NCBI GenBank assembly: GCA_001662655.1
Contig: KV460267.1
From: Pseudogymnoascus verrucosus
Lineage: Eukaryota
DNA length: 64,000 nt
Direction: 5' to 3' (one strand)
Shown: piece by piece, positions 1 to 10,979 of the stretch
Position numbering within the stretch: the stretch's first letter is position 1
Layout: every line of letters starts with the position of its first letter
Made by a program: the position numbers and the translations under genes
The notes under the pieces: generated by a model
Told to the model about the DNA's origin: nothing
The model's database searches: none
What the model saw: the letters and a program-made list of their open reading frames with translations, nothing else

Positions 1-764
1 CCTTTGTATGATTCTGTGCTCAACTGCACTTTCCTCTATATGATTTGTGTCCTGGCCGCACTTTCCCTGGTAGAGCTACGACCCCAGACGCCCTTTCCAT
101 CGACCGCTCCTCTGGATAGTTGTGTGCCGGCCTGCACTTACCTTTCTTGCATAGCTGATTTGCATAACTGATTTGTATATTTGATTTGAATTTGCGAACT
201 GCAACATGGAGCTCTGTCTTTGTCGTGAGACAGTAGAAGTGAGATAGTCTTGTTTCTGTTTCGAGTACTAGTGGGATCGTAGCCGCCAAGATCGAGGCAA
301 GCGCGGATACCCACGTGCTTTAGCTCCAACGCTCGATCCCCGCCAATGCTCTCAATATAGCTTAGCGCCGAGCGTGTACCGTTTACCGGTTAGCGTTTAC
401 ATGGTTCCAGTCCAGCCTCTCTCTTACTCCACACACCCAGGAAAGAACAGAACCTCCTTTCCCTCAATTAACCACCCACCCCCACAGTTCCTCTTTGCCT
501 TTGGAGATCGTCGTCTTCGTCGTCGCCTTCAATCTCCCTTCTTCCTCTTTGTCGTTAAATTTGTTGTTTATGTATTTACAAGGCTTCTTTTGTTGACCGC
601 CGCTCTTTCTACTGTACATTCTTCTGCATTCTGCATGGCGCCTTGAGGTATTACTTTGTTTGTCCTTCTGTGCGACGATCCCTGGACCCTGGCTTGACCT
701 TCTTTGATCGCGGTTCCCAGCTGGAGATACACTCTTGGCCACACATACACAACACAACCCCATT

Positions 765-3179
765 ATGTCGTCGGGATTGAGTAAGCGGCAGCAGGCGCGC
801 AATGAGCGTACACTGCAGAACCTCGTCAAGAGCGTTCCGGGAAATTCGACATGCGCCGACTGCGGAGCGAGGAACCCAGGTGAGCCGCCGCAATCAATCC
901 GTACATGAGATCTCAGGACCCTAACCCGTATACCAGGCTGGGCGAGTTGGAGTGTAAGTCGAGCGCCAGAACCGTCTGCGGTATCGTCCATGAATCATCA
1001 GTGCTAAGTCTCTGTAGTTGGGCATTTTTCTGTGTGTACGATGCGCCGCCGTGCACCGAGGGTTGGGCACCCATATTTCGAAGGTTAAGTCGCTGAGCAT
1101 GGATTCATGGTCTAATGAGCAAGTTGAAGTATGTCGAGTTCTTTCTAGTGATGCGCAATCGGCTCTAACACAAGCCAGAATATGAAGCAGAGGGGAAATA
1201 CGATGTCGAACCTGATTTATAATCCGAAGAACACGAGGCCACCCGTTCCAGTTGATGCGGACGAGGCCGACTCCGCGGTGGAACGGTTCATCCGAAACAA
1301 ATACAAGAATAGTGCCCCAGCTACGAACTACGACGATAGTCGCGACTATGAGACATCCGCGGCATACCGGGAACCTGAGTCAAACCGCCGGGAACCCGAG
1401 CCGGTCCGCCGCGAGACTACCTCGAACCACCACCGGCGGACTGGCAGCGCGGATTCCGAGGACGAGCATCCCCTCCCGGCACCGCCTCAGAAGACGAGCA
1501 GGTTTGGATTTAGGTCGGCATCCTCCATTTTCCCCATGTCATCGAAGGCGAAGAGGGAGGCAGCTGCAAGAGTATATCTAGAGAACCAAAACCAGAACGA
1601 CAGAGCTAGACGGGATGACGACGATGAGGGTCCGCCACCACCAAGGAAAGGGAAGCCCGCACGCATATTCGGGAACTCTAATGCATCCGATCGATCTGTG
1701 GATGAGTGGGAAAAGAAACTGGGCCAACTTCGTGAGATGGGTTTCAAGAACGACAGGCGGAATTCCACCGTTTTGAAGGGATTCAATGGCAATATGGAGA
1801 AGACACTTGAAACATTAGTACGGCTTGGAGAACGCGAGGCACCGTCAAGGTCAAGGACGCCTTCGACGGCACCAGTGAGCGCGGGACTCTCCATAAATCC
1901 CTCGAAAGACTCTCCAGCTTCTCCAACTCCATCAAAGAACCCATGGGATATGCCACCTGCGCCACTACAGTCTTCGCAGTCCACAGGCGCTCTTTCTCTC
2001 CAGGACCAGCATATCAAGAACAATCCGCAGCAAGCTTCCCTCAATCCATTTGGGTTTGCAACTTCCAAGTCGCAGTATAATCTGAACCAGCAATACACCA
2101 ATGTCGAACAGCCATTCCAAAACATGTCAATCTCTCCAAATCAACCACTATTTCCGCACCACACTGGTGGGACTGCTCAGAGACAGCCGTTTATGGCAGC
2201 TGCTGCTCCATCCATGCCGTCTATCCCGCAAGGACAATACGCCTCTTCCCCGTATGGCGCTCCACTACAGACCCAATATTCACCTGCCACGAGCCCAGGA
2301 TATAACCCTTTCCTACAGCAGCAGCCGACTGGGCAGACTCAAAGTTTGAATGTGACGCCGGTTACTGCGACTGCTCCAAACCCATTCCATACCCTGACAC
2401 GCAACCAAACGTTTCCGATGCAACAGGGTAGCCAGGCGCAGCCCCAAGTATCGATGCAAGACTACTTTAATTTGGGTCAGCAACAGCAGCAACCACAGCT
2501 TAATCCATACGGCCAGCAGCAAACGCCACAGCAGCCGAATCTGTTTAACCAGATGCAGCAGCCTCAACAGCAGCCACAGCTTCAACAGCTCAATCCTTAT
2601 AACCAGCCTCAGCAAATGCAGCAGCAGCTGAACCCTTACAACAACTTCCAGCAGCAGCCGCAGCAGCTACTTCCTCAACAAACGGGGCGAGCGGATAAAA
2701 CGAGCATTATGGCGCTATACGGCAGCAATCCTCAATCACCTCCGCTCCCCTCGCCACAGCCGCAACAACAACCACAATTTGCGAACTTGCCACAACAGCT
2801 AACCCAAAACCCATACCAACCCCAGCCCGTGAATACCAACCAACAAATCGGCAACCCCACTCAACAACAGCCTGGCGTATCTAGCCCTCTCTCATCTAGT
2901 GTTGGCTTTGGTGGCTCCAAAAACCCCTTCATGCACGGCTCCACCAATCCCTCCCCTTTTGCCCAACCCAACCAAAACAACGGCACCGCCGGGGGCGCAC
3001 CACAGGGCGGACTCTTAGCCGCTAGCGGCGTCGGTGGGATCGGGAGCGCGAATGGCGGGAACCCGTCGAGACATGTCAGCCAGGAGAGCATGAGCGTTGA
3101 TCCAAATGGGTGGCATGCGCACAGTGGGCGTCACAGCCCGGATGCGTTTGCGAGTTTGAGTTCGAGGGCTGTGCGGTGA
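765..3179 (+). CDS. GTS1: ArfGAP zinc-finger + UBA domain protein (Gts1-like), 4 exons
   Basis: Spliced N-terminus [75 protein letters not shown] matches the ArfGAP CxxC-x16-CxxC motif. Introns about 880-936, 954-1017, 1129-1178. UBA-like QLREMGF...TLETLVRL, then NPF motifs and a Q-rich tail in ORF 1182..3179. Confidence 0.85.
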
Positions 3180-3540
3180 GGGATGAACGATGAATACGGG
3201 ATATTCAGTCTAAGGGATAGAAATGGGATATGGCATGGATTGGTCTGTCCATGTAGCTAGAAATTATAACGTGTCATGCAGTTATATGGATAGAAATTCA
3301 GGATCAACGTTCGAAGTTAGGATGTCATGAAGGGGTACGGAAGATGGGCAAGCCAAGATGAGGGGCCAGGGGATTGAGGAAGGGGATTAATGGATGATGG
3401 GGCCACATACTGCTGTATAACGAAGAGAACAATACCAATAAGTTTTATTGAATCCCTCAATTATGAATTCCTCGCGGCACACCTCTCAACAGTGAAAATC
3501 AGCGCACAGTCTCGATCTCCCCCCAAAACTATCAACCGCC

Positions 3541-5990
3541 TCAAGACCCAAACCACCCAAGAAACCTACTCCCTCTCCGTTGCCCCTTCCCTTTGTTCTT
3601 ACCTTTATGCCCGTCTCCGCTACGTGTATCCACTATCCCATCTACTTCCCACGGTCGCGGCGGAAGAGGGCCTAGATCTATGACCTCGCGTCTCCTCTTC
3701 AGTCGCGGGAATGGCCTATATTCATGTCCATAATCATCGTACTCACAATCCACTTCCACATAACCACGCACCTGACGTGGTGGTGGGTGTGCAATGCCAA
3801 TAGGCGCTCGTCGCTCAGTCACTCCCTTGCGCAACTCATAAGCATCCTTCTCATGCGCCTCAAAACTTCGCGAGCTCGGCTCACTGAGCGGGATCCCTCT
3901 CTCTGCCGCGTCCTCAAGGCATTCAAGTAGTGCTTCGGGGCTCATCGGTGGATTGACGCGGAGGGAGGAAGCGAGTGACTTGGGGAGAGCTGCTGAGACT
4001 CCGCTGGGAGATGTGAATTCCCGGGTCGATTGGTTGCAGTTGTAGGGATACGACGTGGTTGGTGGTTTGTTTGTCCCTGAGGAATGTGGGATGTCCAAAG
4101 GAAGGTTCCGAGCACCCTCCCCGGCTCCAAAGATAGTCCAACCACCCGTCTTCTTGCGGGTTTCTCGGGTGCTACTTCCGTTTAGGCCAGAGAGCTGGCT
4201 AGCACGCGTCAGTTATCCTACATCTCGTGGGGATCAGGAAACGTCAATGACGAGAGACAAGAAAAACAACTTACCTTCCCCCCTCCCCTGCCACCAGCAA
4301 TATAGGCCACCCCGCCCTTCCCATCCAGCCCTTCAAAATCCCAAGTCGGTTTTCCAGTCCCCTCCTCAAACTCTCTTATTTCATCCTCGCGCTTCTGCTT
4401 CGCTGCAGCTTCCATCCTCGCAGCTGCCGCTGCCGCTGCCGCAGAACTAGGGTTTGAAGGCTCAGAGGGAGGGGGTTTATCCACTTTCGGTTTCGGTGGT
4501 GGCGCGGTTGTTTTGGTGGTTTGTTTAGGTTTTTCTTTGGCAGTTGCTTGCTTTGGAGGTGCTGGCTTAGGCGCAGGTACGGATTTCGAGGGAGCGGGTT
4601 TGGACGCCGCAGTTGGGGTTTTCGGAGCAGGTTTCGCTGCAGGTTTCGCTGTTTTGGCGACTTTCGCAGCTTTGGCGGCCTCTCTTTCGTCCTCGGCTTG
4701 CTGTTTTCGCGCTGCTTCTTCGCGCCGACGCGCTGCAGCTGCGACTGCTTCGCGGGGGTTGAGAGGTTGCTCGGGTTCGGGTTCGGGCTCTGGCTGTTTG
4801 GGTGTTGGTTTGACGGGTGCTTGTTTCGCAGCTGGCTTTGGCTCGGCAAAAGTGACGTTTGAATTTTTGGCAGACATAGAGGCTGGCGCGGATTTGAGGG
4901 CTGGTTTAGCAGGTTGCTTCTGCGTCGTAACAGGTTCTTTCGTAGGAGGTTTGGGGGTGCTTAGTAGATCTTTAGAAACCGCCTTGCTAGGCTTCATCTT
5001 CGCATCTTTCTTCGCCTTCGCTTCTTCATCCCTCCTCGCCCTCTCCCCCTCAACTGTTCTCCTCTCTGCCGCCTCAGCTGCCGCGCTCCTAACTCCCATT
5101 GTTTTCTCTCTTGTTTCCCGCTCCCTTCTCTCTCTTCCTTCCCTATCCCTGACCAGCTTCTCCGCCCCCTCCCTCTCCATCCTATCCTTTTCCTCCGCAG
5201 CCCTTTCACGTGCTTCCCTAATTCGGTCAGCCTTCTCCCTCTCCCATCTTGCCGCCTCCTCTCTCTGTCTCTCTCCCTCCCTCTCCTGTCTCCCCTTCGA
5301 ACCCTCATCCTTCTTCCTTGCCGCCTCCGCAGCCGCTCCTCTAGCTTTTTCAGCCTTCACCCTGTCATCTCTCTCCCTCCTATCCCTGGCATCCCTATCC
5401 CTAGCCAACTTCTCCTCTGCAGCCCTCTCCAACTCCTCCCTCTCTCTAGTCGCTTTCTCCCTCCTCTCCCTATCACGTTCTCTCTTCTCTCTTTCCCTCC
5501 TCTCCTCCTCCCTCCTTAACTGCTCCCCCCTCCGCATCTGCGCGTCCTTACTCCCCTGATCCCTTCTCTTCGCCGCCTCGGCCGCCTTCTCCCTAGCAAA
5601 CGCAGCTTTGTCCTTGTCCTCTCTCGCCCTCCGCTCTCTAGCCTCTCTTCCCCTCTCCAATCTCTCCCTCTCCTCGCGTTCCTTCTCCCTTTTCTCTCTC
5701 TCTACCTTTTCCTTCGCGATAAGGTTCTTATTCTTCTTATCCCACGCCTTCCGCGCTTCTTCTTCCTTTAGGGCCCGTTTCTTGTGCTCTTGCTCGCCTT
5801 TGGTGGCTGCGTCCCGACGAGCTGCTGCTTCGGCTGCTGCGCTCCTGCTTGCCCTTCTGGCGTCGAATCCACGGGACGGGGTACTACTGTCGAGGGTGCG
5901 GTTACTACCCGCAGCGTCGAAGCCACGAGCGACGACACCGGTGCGGGCACGTATTGGGGCACCAAGAGGAAGGGGGTTCGTCCTAGACAT
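3541..5990 (-). CDS. Hypothetical charged coiled-coil (E/R/K/A-rich) and P/K-rich protein, probably 2 exons
   Basis: Long ORF 4218..6329, first ATG at 5990 (MSRTNPLP). GTAAGT donor near 4274 and a CTGAC...CAG acceptor near 4196 join it in frame to ORF 3541..4098. No recognisable domain; start uncertain. Confidence 0.5.
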
Positions 5991-6256
5991 GGAACACCGC
6001 CGGCACTGCCTAGGGGTCCGTCCCAGCCATCGTTGTATCCGCCTTGTGGGGGGTAGGAGGGGTTTTGAGAAGGAGGGTAAGACGGAGGGTATGACGGAGG
6101 GTATGACGGAGGGTATGATGGAGGGTAAGATGTGGGGTAAGGAGAGGGGTATCCAGCTGTGAAAAAGGGGGGGGAGGTGGAGTCGAAGAAGTCCGAGAAG
6201 TTGAATCCTGGGAACCAGGAATCGAAGGATGACCAGAAGTCTGGATGGTATGACAT
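5768..6256 (-). CDS. Short YPPS-repeat ORF overlapping the start of the coiled-coil ORF in another frame
   Basis: ATG at 6256 gives MSYHPDFWSS...YPTSYPPSYPPSYPPSYPPSYPPS. 12-bp tandem repeat at about 6075-6140. Confidence 0.35.
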   Translation of the reverse strand: MSYHPDFWSSFDSWFPGFNFSDFFDSTSPPFFTAGYPSPYPTSYPPSYPPSYPPSYPPSYPPSQNPSYPPQGGYNDGWDGPLGSAGGVPCLGRTPFLLVPQYVPAPVSSLVASTLRVVTAPSTVVPRPVDSTPEGQAGAQQPKQQLVGTQPPKASKSTRNGP

Positions 6257-6656
6257 ATTGTGGGTTGCGGTTAGTGTCGGTGCTTGCGTGATGGCCTGAG
6301 GGTCGTGTGTGAGAGGTTTGCTGGAACAAATAAAGGCGGGGAGCAGAAGGTGGGCTATATGAAATGTTGGGTAGAGAAGTGATTGAGTGGTAATGATCCC
6401 GGATTCGGGGATGGTGTTGTGAATAGAGACTAAAAAAGCATAATGGACGGGCAGATGATTCTCATGATTGCACTTGCACATTCATTCGATAGACAGTCCA
6501 TCCACATCCTCACTCAACTCGTGCGGCTACCAATGGTAGTGTGTTTATTTGATTGTATTCTTGCTATAAAACTCTTGCGATGGTGATCCCTCTTTGATAT
6601 CTAACGTCTGTCCTTACCCCCAAGTGACAAACTATTTCTACTACACTAAACTAAAT

Positions 6657-8106
6657 CTACTCCTCCGAATCGAGACCGCCAAACATGGTCTCCATCATTA
6701 TACCCGTAATCTGATACGGGTCCGCGTTACTCGCGGGCCTCCTGTCCTCGAAGTATCCGAAACCCTTGCTGCCACATTCCCTGGGAATCCTGACCGACGC
6801 ACCACGGTCCGCAACACCATACGAAAAGGTGTCGATGCTGCCGGTCTCGTGACGGCCCGTCAGGCGCAGCGTGTTGTCCTCGCCGTAGACGGCGATGTGC
6901 TCCTTATGGCGGAGCTCGAGCTTCTTGATCGCGGCCTCGATGAACTTCATGCCGCCGGGCTTGCGCATATCGGCGGACGAGAAGTTGGAGTGAAGACCGG
7001 CTCCGTTCCAGTCACCGGGGATGGGCTTGGGGTGGAAAGAGATCTTGGCGCCGAACTCCTCCGCGATGCGGTGTAGGAGGAAACGGGCAATCCAGAGGTG
7101 GTCACCCACTGCGTTTCGTTAGTATTGATTATGATGCAATGGATGGACTTGTGGACTTACTCTCAATTCCGTCGCAGGGGCCGACCTGGAACTCCCACTG
7201 GGCGGGCATGACTTCGGCGTTGGTGCCGGAGATCTTGACGCCGGCATTGAGGCAGGCCTTGTAATGCGCCTCGACAATGTCACGGCAAAAGACCTTGCCG
7301 GTACCGACACCACAGTAATACGGGCCCTGGGGTCCAGGGTAGCCGTTGACGGGCCATCCGTAAGGACGATCCGACATGTCGAGCAGGGTGTACTCCTGCT
7401 CGAGACCGAACCACGGCTCCTGGGCCTTGTGGGTCTCCATCAGCTTCGCGGCCTCGTGGCGGTGGTTGTACTTGTTTGGGGTTCCATCAGGATCCCAGCA
7501 CTCGCACAGAACGAGGATGTTGGGGTCGCCGCGCATTGGGTCGGGGAAGATGGCGACGGGGCGGAGGTAGATGTCAGAGTCGCCACCGGGGGCCTGACCC
7601 GTCGACGAACCGTCAAAGTTCCATTCTGGGAGGTCGGCGAGGTTGATCTTTCCGTCGTCGGGGACCTTGAGGATTGTCTGTTGTGTGATGCGGTTAGGAA
7701 AAGTCTCGGTGGTGGGGGTGGGGCAAATCGGGGGAAGCGACTCACCTTTGATTTGGAGCGCACGCCGCCGAAAGAATCGATCCAGATGTACTCGGCCATC
7801 GCCGTGCCCTTCTGGTCGAGGCTCATGTACTTGAGCAACTATAACGGCGGTTTGTTAGTAAACCATTTTTATTTCACATTTATGTCATATCGATGTCGTG
7901 GGGTTGCGGAATCGGTGGTCGGGCGGGGTCGGAGTGAAGGCCGTGATCGCAGCAAGCCAGGGTAAAAACTCACATTTGCCGTATATGACACTGTTGATGA
8001 TGGGTTCGCCTGGGAGTCATTGTCAGTTCAAAATCCTTGAAAGAATGATGATAGAAGGCGCATTGAGTGCATTGAGGAGTATATGGAGCAGGATCAAACT
8101 CACCAT
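6657..8106 (-). CDS. GLN1: Glutamine synthetase (GSII), multi-exon
   Basis: Motifs [80 protein letters not shown]. First exon is the ATG alone (8106-8104), followed by GTGAGT. Confidence 0.97.
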
Positions 8107-8457
8107 GACTGCGGTTGTGTGTGAAGAAACGGAAAACGCGTGTGGGGAGGGTTTATGAGAGAGGGCGACAAAAAAGTCTTTGGTTGTAAGCTGGAGAAGT
8201 CAAACCGGTGGGTTGAGGAGTGTCGACTATGCCGACAACGAGGTCGATTTAGTGTATTAAGAGTATAAGAAGTCAAGGATAGGATGAGTAAGAGGTTGAG
8301 AGGAGATTTGGGTAGTAAATGGGTTTGGTGGTGACAGTTAGAGTAGGAAAGAGTTGAAGGGAATGAATCATCTTTAAGTGGGAAGTGGGAAGTAAGTGGG
8401 AGGGATAGTGGGATGGGGATTGGTAGTGTGTGTGGGATAGTGGGATGAGGGAAATAA

Positions 8458-8684
8458 CTGTGTACCGGACTGTGTACCGCACAGTGTACCGCACTGGAAA
8501 GAAGTTACAGGTTGTACTGGTAGTTGTACTGGTAGTTGTACTGGAAGTTTGTAGTACTGGTTTTGTAGTACTGGTAAGTTGTACTGGTAGTTTGTACTGG
8601 TAGTGGAAGAGTACTTGCAGTGGTACGGGGAGTGGTATAAGTGGTACGGCGAGTGGTACGGCGGGAATAGCGTGGTACGTACCG
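8458..8684. repeat. Degenerate GTAC-core tandem repeats upstream of GLN1
   Basis: Three CTGTGTACCG(G/C)A-like units, about six GTTGTACTGGTA-like units and about four GTGGTACG-like units in series. Confidence 0.7.
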
Positions 8685-9807
8685 AGGGAAGAGGGAATTT
8701 GTGGGTGTCTGGAATTTCTTGTTGCCGCGTTGGCGCAGTAATGGGGGATTCTAGTTCAGACGAGCCACGGTACAAATAGAGTCCAAAAGGGCCAAAAGGG
8801 CTCAAAATGTGTATCGCAGGGCGTATCTAGACGGTACCTAGGCGTATCTGAGGCGTATCGCACTCCGTATCGCACATATCGCCAACAGGGCGGAATCCCG
8901 AGTACTTCCACGAAATGTACAGTACAAAGAAAACGCCCCGCCGCCACCGGCTTATCGAGCCAATCACGGTCATCCCACAAACTAAATCGCCCAACTAACC
9001 TAATCTCTACCTACGAAGAAGGACTAGGTAGAGATCTATTCATGGTATCGCTGCCGCTACTCTGCCACTTTCATGCCGTATCGGAGGGGTGTAGCACGTG
9101 ACACTCCACGGTCTGTTTGCTTTGCTTTGCTTTGCTCGAGATAGAGTGTGTACCGTACGGAGTGTATCTTAATATAGTATACTCTACCACTATACAGCCA
9201 CTATACAGCCACTATAGAGGAGTCGTTGGGGATTTCTAGTCTGGTTGAGAAGTGCGGGTTGGGAATGTCTAGTTTGACAGTTTGCTAGATTCCTCCACGT
9301 CAACCTATATTTATTTTCTCGTATATAAACCGTATACATATAAAAACGACAAGAACCCTTCCTAAACGAGAATATCAACCGTACTCCGTACAAAATGTTT
9401 GCTCTCCATCCCTCCATCTCAACGAGAAACGGCATGTGCTATTCTGTCCTACGCTACACACATACACCCACCCACACACGTAACCCTACGCGTTTCTTTT
9501 TCTGATCGCGCGCTATGAAGTCAATGCTGCTCACTACTGTCAAACGGGCCCAGCCGCCGACGAGGCGAAAATGACGACTCAAGAGACCGAGGCACATGGC
9601 CTAACATAGCGTGGGGACACGAAACTAAAAAAAGAGCTATTATATTCGAGCTCTCCTAAAAGTATCCACGCTATCTACGTCGACGTGGATGGTGATCAAA
9701 CATCACAAAGAAGCGGTCAGTCGAGGTGCAAATATTTTATCACTTCTTCGCGACCGGCGGCTTCATGAGCCGCATGGACCACGATGAACCTTGCTAGATG
9801 TCCGCGC

Positions 9808-9952
9808 TGAGTCAACCCGATTCAATTTTACCACCTCTCCCAACTCCACCACTTAAATGACTTCAACCAAACCCAATACATCTTGCTGCCTCACATGAAT
9901 TTTCTTCAGCTCTTTCTTCACACATCGTACCCTTCATCGCGCTCTTGACTCA
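9808..9952. promoter_or_regulatory. Two candidate Gcn4/CpcA sites (TGAGTCA at 9808, TGACTCA at 9946)
   Basis: Exact TGA(C/G)TCA heptamers about 1.7-1.85 kb upstream of the GLN1 ATG. Yeast GLN1 is under general amino-acid control, but the distance is large. Confidence 0.3.
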
Positions 9953-10979
9953 AAATTTCGATTCCCAGTATACTCCACAAATGTAACCCTTCAATCTGGC
10001 CCATTCCAGCCCAATAGGACCGTGTCCCCTGGCAACCTCAATAGCAGCCCAAACCAATCCGAATGAGTCGATAGTAATCTCAAGCATCCTTGAGGGAGTC
10101 CGGCCAGAGGGAAAGTACATTTTTCAAAAGTGGTACTCCCCAAAAGAAACGATAACCCCAGAGACCGTGTATCTATGTACAGTAGCCTCGTCAACTTCCC
10201 TCGTCAGCTCAGCCAGGTCCCCTCCTTCCCCAGACCGTCGCTCCCCCAGACAGACGCCCCCACTTACTTATCACTTATCAGAGCCAACGACCACCCCCAC
10301 TCCCCCTTTAGTCGATCTGACAGCCACAAATCCGTGATCAAAGAACTCAAGCACTCACCCCCCGCAGTCTTCGGGTCGTCGTCCGAGCTCTAGGATGGCC
10401 TCGCTACAAATGCATAGAGTCTATATCTGCGTCTAGCCCGCGCGCGACTCGATTCCCGCTCGGTTCGGCGCTCGCCTAGGGCTATGTCGCCAGCGATCTG
10501 CGTGGTCCCGCGCGGTCGGGTGTGCTCCTTGCGGCGTAGGAAGGAATCCTGCGGGATATACTGCGTGGGTTTCAGTGTCTCATGACAGGAACATGTTTTA
10601 TTTTGATCAGTTCCTGGCATTGAGCATCCCACGCCCTCAGGCACGAGGTGATATTCGATCCGCTTTAGGAATTGAAAAATAAAGTGGAAACCGACGGATC
10701 GACGACAGGAGCTGGTGGTGGGGTGAGAGTGAGATGGCGATGATATCCCAGGGTTTGATGGGGGTTTTAAGGATCTGGTGGCAGGTAGGTGTAATTTCTA
10801 TCCTAAAAGACGGGTGACGGCGTGGGAGGGCTTGGAGCATAGGCTGTTTCCTGACGCCGCAGGGTGGGAAAGGGGTGTTATAAAATCACTGCTTGAATTA
10901 CACAAAGCCTAACTAACCTATCTATAACCCATATACCACTTCAAATCAACCAAAGCTAATGGTACATCTCATCATTATC

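Noticed and set aside
4513..6162. Long plus-strand ORFs (348 aa and 184 aa) rich in S/L/F/A
   Set aside because: Antisense shadows of the purine-rich coiled-coil gene on the minus strand.
6594..7965. Plus-strand ORFs overlapping GLN1 (similar cases over IFRD, SUI3 and FLC)
   Set aside because: Antisense open frames expected from strong codon bias; no independent motifs.
8458..8684. Possible CRISPR-like array
   Set aside because: Eukaryotic context, units too short and degenerate, no unique spacers.
9990..10850. Several short ORFs between GLN1 and the 1172-aa ORF
   Set aside because: No recognisable motif or consistent exon chain.
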